A DNA stretch of 64,000 bases from Octopus vulgaris (GCA_951406725.2 OX597830.1:27838001-27902000), one strand, 5' to 3'; numbered from the stretch's first letter, positions 43,791-56,372 are shown. Notes: generated by a model not told the origin, from the letters alone. Numbers and translations: made by a program.

Positions 43791-44170
43791 GGCGGCGAGC
43801 TGGCAGAAACGTTAGCACGCCGGGCGAAATGCGTAGCCCTATTTTGTCTGCCGTTGCGTTCAGAGTTCAAATTCCGCCGAGGTCGACTTTGCCTTTCGTC
43901 CTTTCGGGGTCGATTAAATAAGTACCTGTTACGCACTGGGGTCGATGCAATCGACTTAATCCGTTTGTCTGTCCTTGTTTGAACTCTCTGTGTTTAGCCC
44001 CTTGTGGGTAGTAAAGAAATAGGTATTTCGTCTGTCCACCGAGGTCGGCTTTGCTTTTCATCCTTTCCGGGTCGATAAATTAAGTACCAGTTACGTACTG
44101 GGGGCCATCTAATCGACTGGTCCCTCTCTCCCGAAATTTCGGGCCTTGTACCTAGTGTAGAAAAGAAATT
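43791..44170 (+). mobile_element. Composite Nin-type SINE: a unit with a Tx1-like tail followed by the body of a unit with a different tail
   Basis: Head GGCGGCGAGCTGGCAGAAACGTTAGC, B box GTTCAAATTCC; tail 1 ends GTAGTAAAGAAATA (44021), then GGTATTTCGTCTG resumes the SINE body. Confidence 0.88.
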
Positions 44171-44401
44171 AATATATAAGTATGTAAAACAACAAAGTAA
44201 TACGTGAAATAAAGGTTTAATGAATGAACTGGCAATAAATCAGGACAAGAAAATAATTCAGCGTTAATCTGGGATTGAACCGCTGTTAATATGTTTCATG
44301 AAAATAAGTAAAAGCGTTGCCTCACATCTATAGAAATGAATAAATGCATGCATTTATTTATGCGTAAATGCACACAGAACCCATATATACACAAACACAC
44401 A

Positions 44402-44477
<76 letters not shown>

Positions 44478-44482
44478 GAGAG

Positions 44483-44529
<47 letters not shown>

Positions 44530-44573
44530 AAGATAGATAGGTATAGATAGATAGATGATAGATATATATAGAT

Positions 44574-44610
<37 letters not shown>

Positions 44611-45073
44611 GAAAGAGATAAACAACTAGATTGTATATATATATATAATACGCCCACATACACACGTATGTATATATAGAGAATATATTGAAGTATTTAC
44701 TACAAGCTGAAATATCTCAATTTACTTCGGTAAAATGACATAAAAGCGTACTTTGTTGTTTTCGTATAAATCGTAGGAAGGCATTGTAGTATATGGTCTT
44801 TGCATCAATGTCTCCGCTTACAAAAAACTCATTTGTATGCACGCACCCAAACCTTTATAGTATAGACGCACAAACACAAACACATATCCACACATCCACA
44901 CATACACACTTGTATACATATGAGCTGAAATATATACTGTGTATACTTGTATGTGTTTATATATATATATATATGCCTATGCGTATGTTTGAGGAATAAA
45001 TTTAATAAGCACTTGTTTGTATGCCTGTATATATATATATGTATATATATAAACATACATATATATATACGTA

Positions 45074-45120
<47 letters not shown>

Positions 45121-45274
45121 GGAGTAAACACATATAAACAAGGTGTACTAAATATGGTAGAGTAATATGCTTTATTTTATATCAACAAATATATATTTTC
45201 GGCGTTCATCATTAAAAACTGTCTGATGAACGGCAACGAAAACTATAACAGATTTGTGATTTTTCTGTCTTAAA

Positions 45275-45324
<50 letters not shown>

Positions 45325-45422
45325 TTATTCGTACATATGTGTATGTATATATATATGTATATATCTATATACTTACATATAAACAGTTAAGTACAAACGC
45401 ATTTATATAGAAGCCCATATGT

Positions 45423-45464
<42 letters not shown>

Positions 45465-45742
45465 TGTGTGAATGTGTGTGTTTTTGCGTATGTCTATGTG
45501 TGCGTGCACACGTATATGTATGTATGTGTGTATTTATGTATATATATATATATGAATATATGCATTGATGCGTATTCATTTCTGCACATTCTATAGTAAA
45601 TTTGTCGCTGACTTCTGAAAAAAGATGCAATTGTGAATAACATCATGGATGACAATATATTCCGTAAAAATTCTAACGAATAAAACAAAAATAGAAAGGT
45701 AGCAAGCAATAAGAAAATGAAATAGTAGTAGTAGTACTATTG

Positions 45743-45832
<90 letters not shown>

Positions 45833-45841
45833 ATAGTAGTG

Positions 45842-45898
<57 letters not shown>

Positions 45899-47147
45899 AA
45901 AAGTTTAAAAGTAGCAAGGAATGGGATGTAGAAAGGGTCGATATTGGAATAAGATTAAGATGAAAAAAGGAGAAAAGTGGTGAGGGCGTGCGATAAGTTG
46001 AAGAGGATAATGATGATAATGATGACGACGATGATGATGATAAGATGTTGGTGATCTTGATTATAATGATGATGACGATTATGACGATTACGATGATGAT
46101 GATGATGATGAAAACGATTATGATGATGGTGATGATGATGATGACGATGGTCATGATGGTCATGATGGATAGTAGATGACGATGATCATGCCGCAGTAAC
46201 TGCTGCTGATGGTGATGATGATATTGGCGACGATGACGACGAAGACGACGCTGGCGATGACGTTGATGATGAAGAGGATGACGATGACGAAAAGGAAGAA
46301 AACTAGAAGGAACATAGCAGAAGAAATTGAGATATGGATGAAGAGACCAAGAAGAAATTAATGGGAAAGGAGAAAGAAGAGAAAAGAATGAGAAATAAGG
46401 AGCAATACAATGAGAATTAGAAGAGGAAGGAGGAGGAGAAGGAGGAGAAGGAGAAGGAGGAGAAGGAGAAGGAGGAGAATAAGAAGGAGAAGAAATAGAG
46501 GAAGAAGACAAGACGGAGAAGGAGGAGGAGGAGAATAGTAGTAATAATAATAATAATGATAGTAATAATAATAATAATAAGAAGAAGAAGAAGAATAGAG
46601 GAAGAAGAAAACAAAAAGGAGTAGAAGAAGAAATAGAGGAAGAAGAAAAGAAAAAGTAGTAGTAGCAGCTGTAGTAGTAGTAGTAGCAGCAGCAGTAGTA
46701 GTAGTAGTAGTAGTAGAAGAAGAAGAAGTTGTAGTAGTAGTAGTAGTAGTAGTAGTAGAAGAGGAAGAAGAAGAAGAAGAAGAAGAAAAAGAAGAAGAAG
46801 AAGAAGAAGAAGAAGAAGAAGAAGACGAAGAAGAAGAAAAGCAGAAGCTAACATGATGACGCCAAGAGAAGAAAAAAGTTGAAAATAAGAAAACGACAAA
46901 GAGGGAAAAGAATGTCAACAACTACAACAAAACACACAACAGAATCATTAACAGCAGCAGCAACAACAACAACAACAAAATCACCTCGAAATTTCTCTCT
47001 CTTGTATATGTAGAACATGTGATAAAAATAATTGCAAATCGATTTTTATATTATTTCTTTCTTTCGAATCCAAAAAAAAAAGAGAAAGAAATAGGTGACA
47101 AGTTTATACTCAAATATTAGAATATAAATACATGAGTTTATATGCCT

Positions 47148-47194
<47 letters not shown>

Positions 47195-47326
47195 TACAAG
47201 GATATACATACACGCATACATATACATGCATACATTATCGTTAATGTGTGTGTGACTATATTGTACTTATCTATAGTTATGTTTATGCATATATATAAAT
47301 ATATATGTATATATATGAGTATGCAT

Positions 47327-47403
<77 letters not shown>

Positions 47404-47423
47404 ATATGTGTAACGTGAGTTTA

Positions 47424-47480
47424 GAAAAAAACCCCATTGGTTTCATATCTAGCGTGAACTAGACATCTCTTCAGTTTCTC
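47424..47480 (-). ncRNA. Hammerhead ribozyme motif (type I-like, probably degenerate at the cleavage triplet) in the Penelope pLTR
   Basis: Minus strand GAGAAA-CUGAAGA-G-AUGUCUAG-UUCACG-CUAGAUAU-GAAA-CCAAUGG-GG-UUUUUUUC: core motifs, 8-bp stem II and helix I pairing. Confidence 0.65.
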
Positions 47481-48242
47481 TAAATAGTAACCGATCTCTG
47501 CAAAGAATGTTTGTTTTAAAACACAAGAACGCCGGTGATAGTCCAAGAAATAATCCTCTCTAAAAATATGGCCGGGTGAGTTGTCTTCCTTCTCTTGATA
47601 GCTAGGTTTTCCAATTTTGAAGTAAAAATTTTCGAGAATATGGACAACTCCCCACGGCTTCCTTCCTGGAGTTAAGGGAGCCTCCTGGCTCATGTGAGTT
47701 CATGAGAATTACAAACCTTTCTGCCAAACACAAATTACACAGCCTTGTTTCATTACAATAGGGTTCACAAGTTTCCAAAAATTGCCACCTGATGTTAATG
47801 GGCGTATGATCGTCCTTTAGGTGCCATACGTATGCTGCAAGTGTTGTGTGTTGCGTATTTTCGGGACCTTGAAAGAAGATCTGTGGTTGTTCAGGCGAAT
47901 TTTAGATCTGGATTCACAAGTTCCGATATAAATTTTTGTTTTTGTCATTGATGTTATTGATATTTGTGCTGCTTCCGTTAGAGGCTACCTTTGCTTGGTA
48001 TACTGTAACGTTGGTGTTACATCGTCCGTCCACTGGGCATTCATTTCTAATCCTGCTTGAACAACTTGCCTCTGTCCGTCCACTGGGCATTCATTTCTAA
48101 TCCTGCTTGAACAACTTGCCTCTGTCCGTGACTTAGGAGTGCTAAGTAATTTATTCTTAATATTAGGTGCACAACTACAAGAGATTCTTAAATTATGCCT
48201 GTTAAAGATATTTCTATATTTGTGTGATCGCGTGAAATGCTT

Positions 48243-48243
<1 letters not shown>
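47424..48243 (-). mobile_element. Penelope-like element 3' fragment (RT-EN linker, GIY-YIG endonuclease, pLTR)
   Basis: KHFTRSHKYRNIFNRHNLRISCSCAPNI, ECPVDGRC...VYQAKV, KIYIGTCE..KIRLNNH, CNLCLAERFVI...LNSRKE..GSCPYSRKFLL; perfect 50-bp tandem duplication at 48024-48123. Confidence 0.85.
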
Positions 48244-48274
<31 letters not shown>

Positions 48275-48426
48275 AAGAAAGAGGGAGGGAGAGAGAGGGA
48301 CACAAAATTGTATTCATAACTGCTTACACTATTTGAATCAAAATGTAACCCACACAAATAATTATACTTACTTCCTCTCAATTCCAATTATATTTCTCCC
48401 ACAATAACACCTACAATCTATGACAG

Positions 48427-48495
<69 letters not shown>

Positions 48496-48498
<3 letters not shown>

Positions 48499-48911
48499 AA
48501 AAAATGATGGGTGAATGTAGCAAGAATGGCACGTATGAATGACGAAGCCACCTTGAGCATGATCCTATGAACCCAGAAATTGAAAACAGAGAGTTGCTTA
48601 TTCTATAACATGTGACTCCATTGACCGAGGTTACCGTGGTCTTTTCCGTAGGCTTTTCTTTCCACGGGTAAACCTCACCTGTCCTCCCCTTTACACTTCA
48701 TATTGACATTTCTGTGATAACGATCCCTATTGATCAAATTTTTTTTTCCTCTCCCTTTTTTAACCCCTTTTTGTCCTCTTTCTCTCCTTTACGATCCCTT
48801 TTGATCGAAACTCCCCTTTCTTTTTTTTTTTTTTTTAAACCTTCAAAAGAAAAGCTCTACCTTGTAATTTGTTCTATCTGTGTGCAGCCCTGTGTGGCTA
48901 ATAAAGAAACA
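48496..48911 (+). mobile_element. 5'-truncated Tx1-like copy (last ORF2 codons plus 3' UTR) between (TATC)n tracts
   Basis: Near-identical to 50695-51149; preceded by (TATC)n at 48428-48495 and followed by (TATC)n at 48912-48972. Confidence 0.95.
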
Positions 48912-48925
48912 TATCTATCATTTAT

Positions 48926-48972
<47 letters not shown>

Positions 48973-51149
48973 CAAGGCGCAAACATGCGCCGTGCCAGGC
49001 CGGACCATCCATGACAACCTCCATCTGATGCGCTACATCATAGACAGGGTAGTTAACGAACCTGGCATGGGTGGGGCCCTGATCAACTTGGATCAATCGA
49101 AAGCCTTTGACAGGGTAGACCATCGATACTTAGGGGCAGTCCTGAGAGCGGCTGGTTTCGGTCCCGTTTTCCGCGGATGGATAGCTGCCTTGTACAGAGG
49201 CATCCGTTCGGTAATTCGCGTAAATGGACATCTATCGAGACCTTTCGACATTGCACGTTCGGTCCGTCGGGATGCCCCCTCTCGGCGCTTCTATACGTAT
49301 TGACTATTGAGCCACTACTGCGGAAGCTGGCGACTCTAAGGGGCATCCCGCGAGAATTGGGATACGGGACGAGCGTGTCTGCATACGCGGACGACGTCAC
49401 CGTCATAGTGTCAAGCCACGAGCACATCGAGCTGGTCGGCGAGACACTGAAAACTACGAAGCGGTGACAGGAGCGAAAATCAACCGGGAAAAGTCAGTGG
49501 GCTTGCGACTAGGCACCTGGAGAAGCAAGCCCATGCCGTCCACCAGCGCCTCCGTCGTGGGACGCTGGACCGACGGCCCGGTTGAGTTGCTCGGGGTCTG
49601 GTTTGGTCCGGACCTCCAAATGGAGAAGAACTGGAACGAGATAACGAGTAGGGTGGTCACTCTCGCCCGGCAATGGGCCGAGAGGAAACTGTCCCTAAAA
49701 GGTCGAGCGGAGGTGGCGAACACGTACATCGCGTCCGTCATCTACTACCGCCTGACCGTCGTACCTTGTCCCGACCCTACCATCACCAAACTACAACGCA
49801 TCCTCTTTCGCTTCTTGTGGAAAGGATGCGTCCCGATGGTCAGGCGATCCATTTGCTGTCAACACCCGTTAAAAGGAGGGCTGGGCATGCCGTGGTTGAT
49901 GATGCGCAGACACGCGCTGAGACTGCGGCATCTCTGGCTCTATGTAGACGACGGTGAACAGGTGTGGTCGCCGTTTGTGAGGCACGCTTTCCCGCAGCTC
50001 GTCTCCATGACCGAACTGCAGTCGTGGATCAAAAAGAGGCCGAGGAAGGGCGAATGGCACCGCGAGTGTCGCGTTGCTCTCAAGCAACTCTGCCGTCCTG
50101 GGTCGACCTTAAGTGACTTCAACACAACCAAAGCATTCTATAGGGGTTTAGTGGAGGGGAGGTACGACGACGAGCTCGGGGCGAACCTGGACGTCGACGA
50201 GGAGTACCTGACCCGCCTGTTCAGGACGACCTTCGGGCCAGGGCCCATGGACAACTTCCAGAGATCCCTGGCCTGGCAGTGCTACCGAGAAGCGCTACCC
50301 GTTCGGGATAAGCTCTACAGACACGGCTCGAGAAACACGGGGCCGACCTGCCCGAGATGCGGTCAGAGCGACGAAACCGTTCTGCACGCACTCGTTCAGT
50401 GCCCAACAATTTCCGACCTGTGGGCTTATGTCGAACAACTGCTGTCACGTGTGGGACGAGTCGGTTTATCAGCTGAGTCTATCGTCAATATTGTCACGCC
50501 TCCTTCCTTCAAACGGGAAGGAAGAGCTATTTTTATCATCCTTGTGGCTATGGCGAAAGAATGTATCTGGTGGACGCGTCTGAAAGGATTGGAGACAAAC
50601 ACTTTCCTCTCTGGTCAATCTCTCATCAACTTCTTCAAGTACCACTTGAAAAGGAAAGTGAGAGTAGAGAGGCAAGTTTTGTCTAGCGAATGTTTTAAAA
50701 AAAGATGGGTGAATGTAGCAAGAATGGCACGTATGAATGACGAAGCCACCTTGAGCATAGTCCTATGAACCCAGAAATCGAAAACAGAGAGTTGCTTATT
50801 TGCAAAAAAAAAAAAAAAAAAGAAATATAAAATGTGACTTCATTGACCGAGGTTACCGTGGTCTTTTCCGTAGGCTTTTCTTTCCACGGGTAAACCTCAC
50901 CTGTCCTCCCCTTTACACTTCATATTGACATTTCTGTGATAACGATCCCTATTGATCAATTTTTTTTCCTCTCCCCCTTTTTTTTTAACCCCTCCTTTTT
51001 TTGTCCTCTTTCTCTCCTTTTACGATCCCTTTTGATCGAAACTCCCCACTCTCCTTTTTTTTTTTTTTTTTTTTAAACCTTCAAAAGAAAAGCTCTACCT
51101 TGTAATTTGTTCTATCTGTGTGCAGCCCTGTGTGGCTAATAAAGAAACA
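48973..51149 (+). mobile_element. 5'-truncated L1/Tx1-clade non-LTR retrotransposon (2.2 kb) in a (TATC)n tract
   Basis: Abrupt GC rise; RT motifs QTCAVPGR, LDQSKAFDRVDH, SVR(Q)GCPLS, YADD, KINREKS; GGLGMP; CPRC-x8-H-x4-C knuckle; 3' UTR with AATAAA. Confidence 0.97.
48974..50768 (+). pseudogene. Tx1-like ORF2 (RT plus zf-RVT/CCHC); two apparent 1-nt frameshifts near 49268 and 49452; no endonuclease domain or ORF1
   Basis: Track ORFs 48992-49303, 49177-49467 and 49464-50768 join into one RT protein; YADD at 49384-49395. Confidence 0.92.
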
Positions 51150-51234
<85 letters not shown>

Positions 51235-51982
51235 CAATATATATATTTGTCTGCCTATCTGACTGACTATCGACCAATCGAAATATCTATCTATGAATGC
51301 ACATCAATTAGCAGAAGGCATCTTGCACTTTTCTAATTCGGTCTCTATAGACCTGGGTAGAGCCTACGAAATGTTAAGTTGCATAGAACCGAGTTTGCAT
51401 AGAGCAAAGTTTCACAAGCCGAGTTAAACTTTTATTATCAAATAATGTATCTCTCTCTCTCTTTCTCTCTTTTTTTCTCTCTCTCTATCTGTCTATCTAT
51501 CTATCGATCGATCGATCTATCTACCTGCTTATATGTACGTCGTAGTCTAAGAGTTGCGAAAAGTATGAAAAGTGCAAAGATGTGATATAGCACATGGATA
51601 CACTTATCCTTCCTCTCTAAATTAAATTAATCCATTGATAATGCGAAAAGGAGTAGTTTGTCAGGAGACATTACAACACAGAACACTTAACGATAAGTCT
51701 CTATTAGAATTCTAAAATCTTTAAATTTATATTCAAAGGTAGTTACTGCCATCCATCTGAAAATGATCCATGCTTGCACAACGCACAATTTGCTAAAATT
51801 TTAACTTCTAACAATTTATTCTACACCAGTCATAAATAGCGTGAAATTGATGATGTCTATCAATTTTAGTGTAATAAATATACGCACAAACACACTTATA
51901 CATAATCCCCGCCGTTAATCACACATACACACACACGCACGCACACACACACACAAGCACGCACACATGCATACAGATATGT

Positions 51983-52073
<91 letters not shown>

Positions 52074-52240
52074 CTTACTTGGAAATGGATGCGTGGCGTT
52101 CAATCAAATAATATATATATATCTGTAAAATAATATGTGACAATTATTTAGCACCCAAGATAAAACTCTGAGTTTCGGATTCCGAGGTGGAAATCCACAC
52201 CACCATCTCTTCGGTTATCTGGCCATCTTACCGTTTTTAC

Positions 52241-52332
<92 letters not shown>

Positions 52333-52552
52333 CTACAACAATGTAAGTACACGGGGCCCGTTGGCAATTTCTTCTCCTCCATCTTTGGAAGTTTCCCCCT
52401 TCTCATCTCCGCCGAAGAGCTATGCTCGAAACGTTAAGCTCTCTCCTCTCACCGAGCATCATGCTGATACACTTCTTATGAACGTCCTCCGTTCATTATT
52501 TTTCTCGTTTTTTTTTATTTAAAAAATATTTTTTGTCTATTTGAATTGACTC

Positions 52553-52591
<39 letters not shown>

Positions 52592-52982
52592 CAGCGATAC
52601 ACACACACGTACACACACATACCATCGAAATAAATTATTAATTTATTTCAGGTTCAATAGAATAATTTACATTCAAAGTTGAGTCTTTGTAAATTCGTAC
52701 TCAAATGTCTCAGTTCCTTTCCTGAGACTACTGATGTGCTGTTGTTTGACGCTGTCTTATGATAGATCTACCACGCAGACAATCGCTACACGATGTTTCT
52801 TTGAACTTACCCCACCGGAATATATTATATCATAAGAATTTTATGCAATTGAACGATAGTGTTAAACTGAGAGCCATCTTCCTATTACGTGTATAGCTAA
52901 ATAGTACCAAATACAGAATTATTGACTGTAGACTATCTGTAGTGGGTGGAAAATGAATAAGAGATTGAGAATAGTATCTCAA

Positions 52983-53606
52983 GTACAAGCTCATGTCTCG
53001 AAAATTTTTTTAAAGACTTTGTCCTGCTTCCCCCTTTTTCTCGCAAATTATTGTTTCTTTTTTTTATTTTTTGCTAAAAACCAACGTTTTCGGATATGGA
53101 GATTCCAGAAAATTGCCAAAAATCGAAATTTTGGAATTGCTCCCCCCCTCCCTTACCCCTTCTCCAACCAATTTCTTCATTTTTCACTTTTTTCCTAACA
53201 CTAACCCTAAAACCCCAACCCTAATCCCAACCCTAAAGCCCTAACCCTAACCCTAAAACCCTCACCTCCTAGTCCTAACCCTAAAACCTTAACCCTAACC
53301 CTAACTTTAACCCTAACTCTAAAACTCTAACCCCAAGTAGAAAATGTTTTGGAAATTTTTTTCAGAATCATACTCTCCGTATTTTCCCGCCTATTTTGAA
53401 AAGAAAAATTCTGAAAGAATTTGAAAATGAATTTAGGGTGGGGGGTAATTTCAAAATGCTGATTTTTGCCGATCTTTTTGTAGATTCGCATTCTCAGCAG
53501 CTGAAAACGAGGGTTCGTGTAGAAAAAATAAATAAATAAAAAGGTGGTGTTTTTGGGGTGTACAAAAGGAAGTCTTGCTAAAAATTATATAACGTAAGCC
53601 TTATAC
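52983..53606. mobile_element. MITE-like element with imperfect TIRs of about 170 bp around a degenerate (CCCTAA)n core
   Basis: Left GTACAAGCTCATGT..AAGACTT..CGTTTTC..CAAAAATC..TTTTGGAATTGCTCCCCCC matches the reverse complement of 53436-53606; telomere-like repeats at 53195-53336. Confidence 0.65.
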
Positions 53607-54029
53607 GCTACATTTGCTACAATGGACAAACTAAAGAAATATTTACGTCACCAGTTTTTTGCAATTCAACTTCATTCTACGTTATGCATAACTTAGTTAC
53701 ATCTGGGGCAGTAAGTATTGTTTTTAGCCGCTTCTTACTATTTCAACACTTTTTAATGGTTTCACTAGATTTCAAAGCATTGAAGATGGACTTGTACATG
53801 AATTTAACCACAACGAAACCTATATATGAAGCATTGCATTGAATGCTGTACCAAGTTACACCGTTCCATTTGATCGCGTAAACCCCAGTGTGATGAGCAA
53901 AATAATCATCTGGGCCGGAAACAAACCTGTATATTACACATCCCACCCAAGGATTTTAATAGACATTTTAAGTAGGTTGTTGTCTTGCGTTTCTATCGTT
54001 GTTTCTATTGTTTCATTTATAATTTTTTG

Positions 54030-54301
54030 ATAAAAAACAACGTTTTTGGGTACGGAGATACCAGAAAATTGCCCCAAATCGGAATTTTGAAATTGCTCCC
54101 CCCACCCTTCCCCCTTCCCCACCCGATTTCTTAATTTTCCCTTTTTCCGTAACCGTAACCCTAAAACGCCAACCCTAACCCTAACCCTATCCCTAACCCT
54201 AAAACCCTAAACCTAATCCTAACCCTAAAACCCTATCCATAGCCCTAAAACCCTAACCCCCTAGTCTTAACCCTAAAACCTTAACCCTAACCCTAACCCT
54301 A
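54030..54301. repeat. Second partial copy of the (CCCTAA)n-core element (left arm plus core)
   Basis: Direct homology to 53075-53310, including CCTAGTC.TAACCCTAAAACCTTAACCCTAACCCTAA. Confidence 0.8.
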
Positions 54302-54714
54302 TTTTCACCTCTGCCAGGCTTCATGAAGATAGCTGTCCTCCGTACAATGGTTATATAACCTTATTGGTATCGGAAACATGGTACGATGCCCAACGGTTTC
54401 CATAGCTCATTAAACTGTTGAGTGATTTGATTCGGTATTTTTGTCAACATGATACACAAACACCTTGATTCGGTCGCTATGAACCCCAGTTCATGAACCA
54501 CGAATAACTTTTACGAATTCACACGGATAACATTAAGAATTCACTCTGATAACTACTAAATCACGCTGACAATTATTCACAACAGTTTCTCTCAATTAAT
54601 TCAGTATTTAATTCAGTATAGGTTATGCACTCCGTGTTCCTATGTATAGTCGTCGGCATATTTCTCTTTCTCTAAACACAAAAAAATAACTGAAGATCAC
54701 TAAAGGTGTAAAAA

Positions 54715-55109
54715 TCTTTATATATAAAAGAGAGGTTGTGTGTCTGTCTCCTACGATTTAGATTCCTAGCTACTCCCACATTTTGCGGTGCAGTTTAACC
54801 AAAACCGGGTATCTTATAGTCGTGATTCATATCGAGCCCTTCTGGGTATTAGCGCGCGTCTACGATGAATCTACGATTTAAAAAATAATTTACCATAATT
54901 TTTTTCCATTTTAATGCATTTTTTCGCTATTATATAAGGGAAGTAACTCTCTAAAAATGTCTACGATGAATCACGAGTTTTTAATAAATTTACCATAATT
55001 TTTTTTCCATTTTTAATGCATTTTTTGGCTATTTTTTGGCTATAATTCTCTAAAAATGCTTATAGTTATTTCCCTTACAAACCCGAGCAACGCCGGGCGA
55101 TACTGCCAG
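54715..55109 (+). mobile_element. Non-autonomous Helitron, same family as 9469-9752, with an internal duplication of about 100 bp
   Basis: A|TC start; CCCGAGCAACGCCGGG hairpin; ends CCAG|T; GTCTACGATGAATC...CTCTAAAAATG repeated. Confidence 0.85.
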
Positions 55110-55282
55110 TATAATATAAAAAGACAAGTTTGATGTTACAATTATTCTAACGTAGTGGTGTGACGATGTAAATGAACCGCGTTTTTTTTTATATAAGGAA
55201 CTTGTAAATAACTGCAGGCGACGGTTCCAGGAGACTACATACATACACACATACATATAGAAGAAATATGCATATACATCTA

Positions 55283-55351
<69 letters not shown>

Positions 55352-55386
55352 GTCTGTCTATCTATCTATCTACGTATATCTACCTA

Positions 55387-55438
<52 letters not shown>

Positions 55439-56262
55439 TTAAACCATACACATACATATAATACATACGCCTTTAAAGAGATCTTTTCCCTGGTGAAAAA
55501 ACCCACATCTTCTGGCGTATTAACAATACGCATACATTCAGTATGTGATATTGATAACATTTGCATTATTGAGCCGCTTCCAAAACATTATTTGAATTCA
55601 TTCTACTTGTATGACGCTATTACAATTCAGTAAACATGTCTGTTCACTATTTGCATATACTTAGACGGTGAGCTGACAGAACCATTTGCATACCGGGCCA
55701 AATACTTAGCGGTATTTCTGAGTTCATATTCCGACGGAACCGGCTTTGCCTTTAATTTCTTCGGGGTTAAGCTGAGTAGTGCGGTCGAGGTAATTGACTT
55801 AACTATTCCTGGGTATGACTATAATAACTGCTTCCCTTTTTGGAAGCCACATCGAGCAGGTGTGGCAGAGAATGCTCATCAAACTAGTATGGCATCAAGT
55901 ATATCTCTGGTGGGAAAAACATGCTGAGTGCTTCTTCCTGTAGTGGACTGACCATGGGCAATTCAATCCAATCCATTTATACTTCAGGCTGGCGGTTTCT
56001 ACTTCATCTTGGCACAGTGCGCAGTCCTTATAAACTGCAAAATGCTGAGAAATACAAGTATCCGACATCCTCGTTCACATTTGGGGTGGTTTCACATCAC
56101 CCAGCTTTGAATCATAGCGTTTCTGGTTGCATTTTACGTCTTTTTTATAGGTCCTTAAAGGGATCTTTCCCAGAGAAAAAAACCTGCCACGCCTGGCGTT
56201 TTAACAACACGCATTGTTCATTAACTAACATTTATACATACACAGACACACGTGTGTATGTT

Positions 56263-56294
<32 letters not shown>

Positions 56295-56334
56295 CGTGTG
56301 TGCGTGTGTGTATTTATATTATATTTTATTATAC

Positions 56335-56370
<36 letters not shown>

Positions 56371-56372
56371 GC

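Noticed and set aside
53195-54301. True telomere or chromosome-fusion site
   Set aside because: The tracts are short, degenerate, same-orientation and embedded in a repeated element; there is no head-to-head junction
55800-56215. Higher-complexity segment overlapping the 174-aa ORF 55921-56445
   Set aside because: No recognisable domain; the ORF runs into microsatellite and SINE sequence
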